Below are positions 28,590 through 37,043 of a stretch of DNA of 64,000 nucleotides, one piece after another (positions within the stretch are counted from its first letter, which is position 1; the number at the start of each line of letters is the position of its first letter). Position numbers and translations under genes: made by a program. The DNA is from Candidatus Aminicenantes bacterium (GTDB taxonomy: Bacteria; Acidobacteriota; Aminicenantia; Aminicenantales; UBA8522). The notes beneath the pieces were generated by a model. It saw nothing but the letters and a program-made list of their open reading frames with translations, was not told the DNA's origin and did not search any database. Location of the stretch: the NCBI GenBank assembly GCA_963764885.1, contig CAVXUH010000007.1, positions 634,764 through 698,763 of the forward strand, in the 5' to 3' direction.

Positions 28590-31226
28590 ATGGCCGAGAA
28601 CACCAAAAAAATTCTGGACAAGGCCTACGACCCCGTGCCCGTCGAGGAGAAGTGGGCGAAGTTCTGGCTCGAGGAGAAGATCAACACTCCCGAGCTGCCC
28701 TCCGCCAAGCCGAAATTCTCGGCGGTCCTGCCGCCGCCGAACGTGACGGGCTCGCTCCACATGGGTCACGCCCTGTGCTTCACCCTTCCCGATATCATCG
28801 CCCGCTGGAAGCGGATGAAGGGCTTCAACGTCCTCTGGCTGCCGGGCACCGACCACGCCTCGATCGCCGTCCACAATGTCATCGAGAAGGCCCTCAAGGA
28901 GAAGGGCCTGACCCGGGAGAAGCTCGGCCGCCAGGAATTCCTCAAGATCGCCTGGGATTGGAAGGAGAAATACGGCGGCATCATCACCGGCCAGCTCAAG
29001 AAGCTCGGCTGCTCGGTCGACTGGACGCGCGAGCGGTTCACCATGGACACCGGGTTTTCGAAGGCGGTGCGCCACGTTTTCGTCACGCTCCACCAGGAGG
29101 GGCTGATCTACCGGGATTATTACCTCGTCAACCACTGCCCCCGCTGCGGCACCGTGCTCTCGGATGTCGAGATCCTGCACCAGGAGCTCCAGGGGAAGCT
29201 CTGGTACGTCAAATACCCGTTCGCGGACGGCGACGGGTCGATCACCGTCGCCACCACCCGCCCCGAGACCATGCTGGGCGACACGGCGGTCGCCGTCCAT
29301 CCCGACGACGAGCGCTACACGGCCCTCCACGGCCGGTCCGTCAGCCTGCCGATCCAGAACCGCCCCATCCCGGTGATCACCGACACCCGCGTTGAAAAGG
29401 AGTTCGGCACGGGCGCGGTCAAGGTCACTCCCGCCCACGATCCGGTCGACTTCGAGCTCGGCAAGGAGCACGGGCTCGAGCAGATCATCGTCATCGACGG
29501 CTTGGGCCGCATGACCGAGGCCGCCGGCGCCGAGTTCCAGGGGCTCGACCGGTTCGAGTGCCGGAAGCGGGTCGTGGACAGGCTCCGGGAGCTGGGCCTG
29601 CTCGTCAAGGTCGAGGACTACAGCCACCAGGTCGGCCACTGCTACCGCTGCAAGACGATCATCGAGCCGCACCTGAGCTGGCAGTGGTTCGTCCGGACGG
29701 GCCCGCTGGCCAAGGAGGCCATCCGGGTCGTCGAAGACGGGACGATCGAGTTCATCCCGGCGAACTGGGCGAAGAGCTATTTCGAATGGATGTACAAGAT
29801 CCACGACTGGTGCATCTCGCGCCAGCTGTGGTGGGGCCACCGGATCCCGGCCTGGTATTGCCAGGCCTGCGGCGAGATCACGGTCGCCATGGAGACCCCG
29901 GCGGCCTGCCCGAAGTGCGGCGGCGGGCTTGTCCAGGACGAGGACGTCCTCGACACCTGGTTCAGCTCGGCGCTCTGGCCTTTCGGCACGATGGGCTGGC
30001 CGGACGAGACCGACGACCTCAAGGCCTTCTATCCGACCGACCTGATGGCCACGGCTTTCGACATCATCTTTTTCTGGGTCGCCCGGATGATCATGATGGG
30101 ACTCAAGTTCACGGGCCAGGTCCCCTTCCGCCAGGTCTTCATCAATGGCCTGGTCCGGGATTTCCGGCGCCGGAAGATGAGCAAGTCCGAGGGCAACATC
30201 ATCGACCCGCTGCTGATGATCGAGAAGTACGGCACCGACGCGCTGCGGTTCACCATGGCGGCGCTGGCCATCCCGGGCATGGACCTGTCGCTCTCCGAGG
30301 AGCGGATGGCCGGCTACCGGGCGTTCGTGAACAAGATCTGGAACGCCTCCCGGTTCGTCCTGATGAACCTGGACGAGACCGCGCCCGAGGTCAAGGACAG
30401 CGAGCTCAGCCTGGCCGACCGCTGGATCCGGAGCCGGCTGGCCGAGGTCACGGCGGAGCTCGAATCGGCGCTCGAAAACTACAAGTTCTACGAGGCCGCG
30501 GACACGATCTATCATTTTGTCTGGCACGAGTTCTGTGACTGGTACATCGAGATGGCCAAGCCCGGCCTCCAGGCGGGCAGCGCCACGACCAAAGGGGTCC
30601 TGGCGGGGGCGCTCGACCATATCCTGAGGCTCCTCCATCCGTTCATGCCGTTCGTGACCGAGGAGATCTGGAGCCACCTGCCGGTCCACGGACGATCGCT
30701 GGCTCTGGCCCCGTTCCCGGCGAGTGAAGCCGGGCAGGTCGACCCTCACGCCGCGGCCGAGATGGGGCTTCTCCAGCAGCTCGTCATCGAGGTGCGGACG
30801 GTCCGGGCCGAGAACAGGGTCCCGTCGCACCAGAAAGTCGAGGTCTGGCTGAAGGCGCCCGGCGAAAAAGAGCGGGAGTTCATTCCCGAGATCCGCCACT
30901 ACATCCTGGCCCTCGCCAACGCCTCCGTGGTCAAGCTGGTGGAGGCCTTTCCGGAGGGCCGGAGCCTGCTCAAGGGCGTCGCCGGCTCCTGGGAAGTCGC
31001 CGTGCCGCTCGAGGGCCTGGGCGGGCTGGACGCGGAGAAGGCCCGTCTCGAAAAAGAGATCAAGAAGGTCGACGAGGAGACGAAGAAGCTCGAGGGACGG
31101 CTCGACAAGAAGGACTTCCTCGAGCGCGCGCCCCAGGCCGTCATCGACGAGACCAAGGGGAACCTCGCCGGGCTCCGCGAGAAGAAGGAAAAGCTCGAGG
31201 CCAGCCTCGCCCTGCTCAAAGCATAG
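28590..31226 (+). CDS. valS: valine--tRNA ligase
   Basis: HMGH, KMSKS (KMSKSEGN), the editing domain and the C-terminal coiled coil. 878 aa. Confidence 0.95.
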   Translation: MAENTKKILDKAYDPVPVEEKWAKFWLEEKINTPELPSAKPKFSAVLPPPNVTGSLHMGHALCFTLPDIIARWKRMKGFNVLWLPGTDHASIAVHNVIEKALKEKGLTREKLGRQEFLKIAWDWKEKYGGIITGQLKKLGCSVDWTRERFTMDTGFSKAVRHVFVTLHQEGLIYRDYYLVNHCPRCGTVLSDVEILHQELQGKLWYVKYPFADGDGSITVATTRPETMLGDTAVAVHPDDERYTALHGRSVSLPIQNRPIPVITDTRVEKEFGTGAVKVTPAHDPVDFELGKEHGLEQIIVIDGLGRMTEAAGAEFQGLDRFECRKRVVDRLRELGLLVKVEDYSHQVGHCYRCKTIIEPHLSWQWFVRTGPLAKEAIRVVEDGTIEFIPANWAKSYFEWMYKIHDWCISRQLWWGHRIPAWYCQACGEITVAMETPAACPKCGGGLVQDEDVLDTWFSSALWPFGTMGWPDETDDLKAFYPTDLMATAFDIIFFWVARMIMMGLKFTGQVPFRQVFINGLVRDFRRRKMSKSEGNIIDPLLMIEKYGTDALRFTMAALAIPGMDLSLSEERMAGYRAFVNKIWNASRFVLMNLDETAPEVKDSELSLADRWIRSRLAEVTAELESALENYKFYEAADTIYHFVWHEFCDWYIEMAKPGLQAGSATTKGVLAGALDHILRLLHPFMPFVTEEIWSHLPVHGRSLALAPFPASEAGQVDPHAAAEMGLLQQLVIEVRTVRAENRVPSHQKVEVWLKAPGEKEREFIPEIRHYILALANASVVKLVEAFPEGRSLLKGVAGSWEVAVPLEGLGGLDAEKARLEKEIKKVDEETKKLEGRLDKKDFLERAPQAVIDETKGNLAGLREKKEKLEASLALLKA

Positions 31227-31286
31227 GCAAATGAGCGAACGGGCTTTGTCATGGCGCGTCCCCGTAGAGGCTCACGGCATGGGCTC

Positions 31287-31410
31287 GAAGGCCCGCTCAT
31301 TTCCCCAGCGCGGAAATTCGCTTAGTCCTCGGCTCGCTCTCCTCTTCGAGGAACCGTGCCCGCTCGCCTCCGGATGACCTTCTTCGCCCATATCCCCTCG
31401 CCTCCTCTTA
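31287..31410 (+). repeat. intergenic repeat copy 2, about 60 nt after the valS stop and upstream of birA
   Basis: Same orientation and the same 57-bp core as copy 1. The first hairpin is degenerate, the second is conserved. Confidence 0.7.
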
Positions 31411-31441
31411 TCGGGGACCAGCGCCATGACACCCGTTCGCC

Positions 31442-32209
31442 TTGCTTAAGCACATGATCGGATCAACGATATACCGCCTGGCAACGTGCACGTCGACCAA
31501 TGACGCGGCGAAACGGCTGGCCCTGGAAGGCGCCGAAGACGGGACGGTCGTTGTCGCCGCCGAACAGACCGGCGGCCGGGGGACGAAGGGACGCGGCTGG
31601 TATTCCGCGGCGGGACTGGGCCTCTATGCGTCGCTCATCCTGAGGCCGCGGCGGACGGACATCGCGCTCATCCCCGTCATGGCCGGCGTGGCCGTGGCCG
31701 AGGCCGTCCGGTCCGCCGCCGGGATCACGGCCCGCCTCAAGTGGCCGAACGACATCGCCTGGCGCGGGAAGAAGCTCGGCGGCATCCTGAGCGAGAGCTC
31801 GTTCCACGGCGACGAGGTCAGCCATGTCATCGTCGGCATCGGCCTCAACGTGAACCACGGGCCGGCCGATTTCCCCGCGGACATCCGACGGGCCGCGGCC
31901 TCGCTCCGGCAGGCCTCGAAAAAGCGCGTGGATATGTTCAAGCTCGAGCGGGCGCTCTGGGCGGCCCTGGAGAAATGGCGGGCTGAGCTCGAGCGCGGGA
32001 ATAAGCAGGAGATCGTTCGCGCCTTCGAGTCGCGGCTTGTGCTTCCGCCGGGGTCGAAGGTCCTGGTCGAGCGAGAGGGGGACAGCTTTGCCGGCATCCT
32101 CCGCGGCCTCGACGCCGCGGCCTGCCTCATCGTCGAGAGCGAAGGCCGCTATGATGCGTCTCTCACCTGCCGAGATCGTCGGCATCCGAAAAACAACCGT
32201 TTCTGCTGA
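31442..32209 (+). CDS. birA: biotin--[acetyl-CoA-carboxylase] ligase (group I, no DNA-binding domain)
   Basis: GRGTKGRGW biotin-AMP binding loop and KWPNDI motif. Confidence 0.85.
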   Translation: MLKHMIGSTIYRLATCTSTNDAAKRLALEGAEDGTVVVAAEQTGGRGTKGRGWYSAAGLGLYASLILRPRRTDIALIPVMAGVAVAEAVRSAAGITARLKWPNDIAWRGKKLGGILSESSFHGDEVSHVIVGIGLNVNHGPADFPADIRRAAASLRQASKKRVDMFKLERALWAALEKWRAELERGNKQEIVRAFESRLVLPPGSKVLVEREGDSFAGILRGLDAAACLIVESEGRYDASLTCRDRRHPKNNRFC

Positions 32210-32317
32210 CGGGGTAGGCTAACTGAGGGGTGGCACGGCGTGGGGGCCCCCGCCAGACCGGACCGACTCCTTCTCGGAGGCACTTCCAAAGATCACTTCT
32301 GACATTAACCTCTCCAA

Positions 32318-32340
32318 CCTCTCCTGGGAATCAGGAGAGG
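32318..32340 (+). other. 9-bp-stem hairpin (CCTCTCCTG-ggaat-CAGGAGAGG) between birA and coaX
   Basis: Exact inverted repeat. No T-run follows, so it may be an attenuator or RNA-structure element rather than a classic terminator. Confidence 0.3.
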
Positions 32341-32503
32341 CTTCGAAAACGTCAGTGCCTCCGGTAAAGGTCGGAGCGAGGACTGCCGGGGATCGCCGTG
32401 ACAGGACCCCTGTATTGAAGGATTGACGGCAGAAATCGTGACGCTCATCGCGCGCTCTTACGATTTGACGCGTTAAGTGTTATCATACCCGGAGAAACCG
32501 CCA

Positions 32504-33286
32504 ATGCTCCTCGCCATCGATATCGGGAATACCACTATCGCGCTGGGCGTCTTCGAGGGGAAGCGCCTCGTCAAGGAATGGCGGGCCCGCACCGAGCGCG
32601 AGAAGACGGCCGATGAATACGGCGCCCTCCTCCTCGACCTCCTGCGGCTGTCCGCCATCGAACCCGCCGCGATCGACGGCGTCATCATCTCGAGCGTCGT
32701 CCCGCCGCTCACCCCGGCCTTCCAGGCCCTGACCCTGACCCTCTTCGCCCTCAAGGCGCTTGTCGTCGGCCCGGGGCTCAAGACCGGCCTGCCCATCCTC
32801 TACGACAACCCGGGCGAGGTGGGCGCCGACCGGGTGGTCGCTTCGCTGGCGGCCTTCGAGAAGTACGGCGGGCCCTGCATCATCGTCGATTTCGGGACCG
32901 CCACCACCTTTGACGCGGTGACCGCCAAGGGCGAATATCTGGGCGGCGCGATCGCGCCGGGCATCCGGATCTCCGCCGAGGCCCTGTATCTCCGGACGGC
33001 CAAGCTGCCCCAGATCGAGGTCGTCAAGCCGAAGCGCGTGATCGGCAGGACGACCGTGGCCAGCATGCAGTCGGGGATCTACTTCGGGTACGTCGGGCTG
33101 GTCAATCACCTCATCGCGGAGATCGGCGGGGAGCTGGGCGGCCGGCCGGCCATCGTTGTCACCGGGGGTTTTGGGGAGCAGCTCGGCCCGGAGATCCGCG
33201 GCCCCTATCACTTCGAGCCGCACCTGGTGCTCGAGGGGCTCCGGATCATCTTCGAGCGCAACGCCGGCGAAAAGGCCGCCGATTGA
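32504..33286 (+). CDS. coaX: type III pantothenate kinase
   Basis: MLLAIDIGNT (ASKHA phosphate-1 motif) and IIVDFGTATTFD. Sits next to birA, a common arrangement. Confidence 0.85.
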   Translation: MLLAIDIGNTTIALGVFEGKRLVKEWRARTEREKTADEYGALLLDLLRLSAIEPAAIDGVIISSVVPPLTPAFQALTLTLFALKALVVGPGLKTGLPILYDNPGEVGADRVVASLAAFEKYGGPCIIVDFGTATTFDAVTAKGEYLGGAIAPGIRISAEALYLRTAKLPQIEVVKPKRVIGRTTVASMQSGIYFGYVGLVNHLIAEIGGELGGRPAIVVTGGFGEQLGPEIRGPYHFEPHLVLEGLRIIFERNAGEKAAD

Positions 33287-33302
33287 TACCGGAGGCGCGG
33301 CG

Positions 33303-33956
33303 ATGGCCGGGAAGAAGAAATCTCTGGACGCCCAGCGAAGCCGGTACTTCCAGGATATCGCGACCGCCTTCTTCCGCCTGCGCGGGGCGCCCTTTGTTCT
33401 TTCGTCGGGGGACATGGTGACCATCGCGGGCTGGGAACAGGCCGGCATTCCGCTCGGCGTCGTCGAGGAGGGCCTCCGCAGGGCCCACGAGAATTCGCGG
33501 CGGGCGCGGCCCGTCCCCGGCCGGTTGTCATCGCTCTCTTTCTGCGACCGCGAGGTGAAGCGGGCCTTCCAGGAGCACCGGGACAGGCGGGTCGGCCGGG
33601 ACGCGACGCCGGTCGCCCGCTCGCACAAGGCCGGCCAGGCCCGGGAGGCCGTGCGGGCCTTCCTGGAAACCGCCGCCGCCGATGCCGGTGAACTGCGCGA
33701 TGTCTACAGCCGGGCGCTGGCGCTCCTGTCCCGGAAGACCATCCGCGAGGAGGACCTCGAGAAGCTCGAGGCGGAAACGGAGAGGCTGATCCTCGAGCAC
33801 GCCGGGAGCGCGGAGAGGGTGGAAGCCGCGAATCGGGCGCGGGCCGAATTCGCGGGCCAATCCCCCGCCCAATGCGACGAGATCGCGGCGGTCGAGCTCG
33901 TCCGCAGGGCACGGGAAAAATACGGCATCCCGCATCTTTGCCTTTTTTATTATTGA
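33303..33956 (+). CDS. hypothetical protein (about 217 aa, charged helical C-terminus)
   Basis: ATG at 33303 with an ORF to 33956. No motif I can assign with confidence. Confidence 0.45.
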   Translation: MAGKKKSLDAQRSRYFQDIATAFFRLRGAPFVLSSGDMVTIAGWEQAGIPLGVVEEGLRRAHENSRRARPVPGRLSSLSFCDREVKRAFQEHRDRRVGRDATPVARSHKAGQAREAVRAFLETAAADAGELRDVYSRALALLSRKTIREEDLEKLEAETERLILEHAGSAERVEAANRARAEFAGQSPAQCDEIAAVELVRRAREKYGIPHLCLFYY

Positions 33957-33970
33957 CCGGGACGGGACTC

Positions 33971-36025
33971 ATGGAAGAACAAATCCTCGCTCTCCTCAAG
34001 CCGAAAAAGAAGGGGCTGGCCTTTCACCAGATCGCCGGCGCCCTGCGGGTCCACGGCCGGGACCAGACGAAGCTGCGGCGGGTCCTCAAGACCATGGAGT
34101 CGCGCGGGACCCTGCTCAAGACCAAAGACGCCTACTCCGCCCCCCGGGACAAGGCGGTCATCCGGGGCGAGTTCATGCCCAGCTCCCGAGGTTTCGGGTT
34201 TGTCAGGCGGTCGGGCGGCGAGGGCGAGGACGTCTTCGTGCCCGCGCGGTACACCCTGGGCGCCCTGGCCGGAGACACCGTCGAGCTCCTCGTCAAGGAG
34301 AAGGGGAAGATCGGCAAGCCGGAGGGGCGCGTCGTCCGCATCACCAAGAAAGTCCGGGAAACGCTGCTCGGCGTTTACCAGGAACACTACGGCCGGCCGG
34401 TGATCCTGCCTTTCGACTCGGTCTCGCCCGAGGGCCTGCTCCTCGCCTCGCGCGGGGCCGGGAAGATCTCTCCGGGCATGATTATCGAGGCCGAGCGCGA
34501 CACCCTGGCGATCAGGAATGTCTTCGGGTTTCCCGAAGAGCCGGGCGTCGATATCCAGGTGGTCGTCAGGCGCTACAATCTGGCCACCAAGTTCTCCGAG
34601 GACGCTCAGGCCGAGGCCGCCCGCGTCTCGGGGCGGATCACCGCCAAGGACAGGGAGGGCCGGAAGGATTTCCGGCGATGGACGACCGTCACCATCGACG
34701 GCGAGTCCGCCCAGGATTTCGATGACGCCGCGAGCATCCGGCGGCTGCCCTCGGGGAATTTCCTGCTGGGCGTGCACATCGCCGACGTCTCCCACTACGT
34801 CCGGCCCGGCTCGGCGCTCGACAAGGACGCCCTGGCGCGGGCGACGAGCGTCTATCTCCCCGAGTTCACGATCCCCATGCTCCCCGAGGAGCTCTCGAAC
34901 GAGATCTGCAGCCTGCGCGGCCGGCAGGTGCGGCTGACCGTCTCCGTCCTGCTCGAGATCGACCCCCAAGGCCGGGTGGTGAAGGCCGAGTTCCATCCCT
35001 CGCTGATCAAGACCGCCGAGAGGATGACGTACACCTCGGTCTTCAAGATCTTCCAGGGTGACGAGGCCGAGACGGCGCGCTATCGGAAGCTTATCCCCGA
35101 CTTCCTGCTCATGCGCCAGCTCGCCGCCATTCTCCGGCGGCGGCGGGAGGCGGAGGGCAGCCTCAATTTCGACCTGCTCGAGCCCGAGCTCATCTACCAG
35201 GAGGGGACGCTCCACCGGGTGGCGGCCTTCGAGGCTAACGAGGCGCACCATCTGATCGAGGAGTTCATGGTGCTGGCCAACGAGGTGGTCGCCGATCATC
35301 TGAGCCGGAAGGGCGTCCCCGCGCTGTACCGCGTTCATCCGCCGCCGGCCCTGGCCGACATCGCGGAGCTCAAGGAGCTTCTCGAGAACTTCGGCGTCCG
35401 GCTGCCCAAGGCGGAAAAGGTGACCTCTCGCGACCTGCAGCGCGTGATCAAGGAAGTCGAGGGCAAGCCCGACGAGAAGGTCATCCAGTCGCGGGTCCTC
35501 CGGGCCCTGCGGCTGGCCGTCTACTCGGCCGAGAATACGGGGCACTACGGGCTCGCCAAAAAAGACTACACCCATTTCACATCGCCCATCCGGCGCTATC
35601 CCGACCTCATCGTCCACCGCGCCCTCAAGGCGTCGCTCGCCCGGGAAAAGTGGAAGGACCCCGGGCTCGAGGAGCTCGCCCTTCACTGTTCGGACCTGGA
35701 GCGAAAGGCCGACGGCGCGGAGAAGGAGCTCGTCGAGTGGCGCATCTTCCGGCTGCTCAAGACCCGGCTGGGCGACGAGTTCGAGGGCGTCATCGTGGAC
35801 ATCACCAAGGCCGGCGTCCTGGTGGAGCTTGACGACTATTTCGTCGACGGGCTGATCGCCTACGCGGACCTCGGCGGCGATTACTACCGGCAGAAGTCGG
35901 CGCGGACCCTGGTCGGCCGGCGGTCGGGCCGCACCTACGAGCTCGGCCAGAAGATCACGGTCATGCTGGCGGCGGTCGACCCGCTGGCGAGACGGATGAC
36001 GCTCCTCCCGGTGTCCCATCGATGA
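33971..36025 (+). CDS. rnr: ribonuclease R (RNB family, C-terminal S1 domain)
   Basis: Cold-shock/OB N-terminal domains, the RNB catalytic domain (DFDDAASI...HYGL...YTHFTSPIRRYPD) and a C-terminal S1 domain. Confidence 0.9.
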   Translation: MEEQILALLKPKKKGLAFHQIAGALRVHGRDQTKLRRVLKTMESRGTLLKTKDAYSAPRDKAVIRGEFMPSSRGFGFVRRSGGEGEDVFVPARYTLGALAGDTVELLVKEKGKIGKPEGRVVRITKKVRETLLGVYQEHYGRPVILPFDSVSPEGLLLASRGAGKISPGMIIEAERDTLAIRNVFGFPEEPGVDIQVVVRRYNLATKFSEDAQAEAARVSGRITAKDREGRKDFRRWTTVTIDGESAQDFDDAASIRRLPSGNFLLGVHIADVSHYVRPGSALDKDALARATSVYLPEFTIPMLPEELSNEICSLRGRQVRLTVSVLLEIDPQGRVVKAEFHPSLIKTAERMTYTSVFKIFQGDEAETARYRKLIPDFLLMRQLAAILRRRREAEGSLNFDLLEPELIYQEGTLHRVAAFEANEAHHLIEEFMVLANEVVADHLSRKGVPALYRVHPPPALADIAELKELLENFGVRLPKAEKVTSRDLQRVIKEVEGKPDEKVIQSRVLRALRLAVYSAENTGHYGLAKKDYTHFTSPIRRYPDLIVHRALKASLAREKWKDPGLEELALHCSDLERKADGAEKELVEWRIFRLLKTRLGDEFEGVIVDITKAGVLVELDDYFVDGLIAYADLGGDYYRQKSARTLVGRRSGRTYELGQKITVMLAAVDPLARRMTLLPVSHR

Positions 36026-36858
36026 GGAAAGAAAAAGTGATTCGAAAGGGGCCGGCAGTCTCGCGGCGCCGGGAAAAAACGCCCGCTCCGCCGGCGGGCA
36101 GCGACAAGGAAAAGCTGGCGGCTATCTGCCGGGCCCGGGGGATCCGGGGGGTGAGCGAGCGGGACCTGCCGGACCTCGCCTATGTCAGCGAAGAGAAGCT
36201 CGGGCGCCTGAGCGAGGAGCTCGAGGCGGAGGGGACGGTCAAGATCCTGTCGTTTTCGCCGCTGTTCCTGATCTCGCCGGAGAGCTTCGACTATCTCTGT
36301 GAGAAGCTCGTGGCCTATCTCGAGGAGTTCCACAAGGGCCATCCGGCGCTCAAGGGGGTCACGGCCGACAAGGTCAAGGAGCGGTTCGGCATCTCCCAGA
36401 TGGTTTTGTTCCTGGCCGTCAAAACCCTGGAAAAAGCCGGCAAGGTAAGGACGGAGCGGGACCGGCTGATGATCGCGTCCCACGCCGAGGAGCTGTCGCC
36501 TCAGGAGGAGGCGATCCTTAAGCGTCTGGAGGACCTCTACTACCGAGGGGAGTTCCGTTCGGTCTCGCTGGATGAGATCCGGCGGGAGTTCCGGCTGACG
36601 GAAGGCCGGCTGGACCGGCTGGTGAGCATCCTGATGGAACGGAAAAAGATCTTCCAGGGGCCCGAGGGTCTGTTCATCCATTCGCACTGGCTCGACGAAG
36701 TCGTCGCCAAGGTCCGGGCCTCGGGGAAGAAAGAGCTGACCGTCGGGGAATTCAAGAACATGACCGGCCTGAGCCGGAAATATGCCATCCCACTCCTCGA
36801 GCTCCTCGACCAGATGGGGATTACGCAACGCAAGGGGTCAGTCCGGCAGATTTTATAG
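36022..36858 (+). CDS. stand-alone SelB C-terminal winged-helix (SelB-wing) domain protein, no GTPase domain
   Basis: C-terminus VGEFKNMTGLSRKYAIPLLELLDQMGITQRKGSVR closely matches the SECIS-binding WH4 of SelB (E. coli ...[27 protein letters not shown]). Upstream WH repeats are present. 4-nt ATGA overlap with rnr. Confidence 0.6.
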   Translation: MRKEKVIRKGPAVSRRREKTPAPPAGSDKEKLAAICRARGIRGVSERDLPDLAYVSEEKLGRLSEELEAEGTVKILSFSPLFLISPESFDYLCEKLVAYLEEFHKGHPALKGVTADKVKERFGISQMVLFLAVKTLEKAGKVRTERDRLMIASHAEELSPQEEAILKRLEDLYYRGEFRSVSLDEIRREFRLTEGRLDRLVSILMERKKIFQGPEGLFIHSHWLDEVVAKVRASGKKELTVGEFKNMTGLSRKYAIPLLELLDQMGITQRKGSVRQIL

Positions 36859-37043
36859 GCGGGCTCGGGGACCACGCCCGCTCGGGCCCTCATACGGCCC
36901 TCCTCCTGACGCCGGTCCTCGCCCCCCGCTCAATATTATAGAGGGCATCTTGACAGGCTATAAAGGGGCAGCTTGCCGGCATCGGTCTTCGGCGAGATCT
37001 TGGGGAAGCTCCAGGCTCTTCTCCAAAAGGCCCGGTCCGCGGC

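Noticed and set aside
27936-30899. 987-aa minus-strand ORF antisense to valS
   Set aside because: Same GC-bias artefact. No recognisable motifs, and valS fully accounts for the region.
33950-36019. 689-aa minus-strand ORF antisense to rnr
   Set aside because: Shadow ORF. rnr on the plus strand has clear RNB and S1 motifs.
36859-37043. GC-rich imperfect hairpin (GCGGGC...GCCCGC) after the SelB-wing gene, considered as a bidirectional terminator
   Set aside because: No U-tract on either strand and the stem is imperfect. Insufficient evidence to call a terminator.
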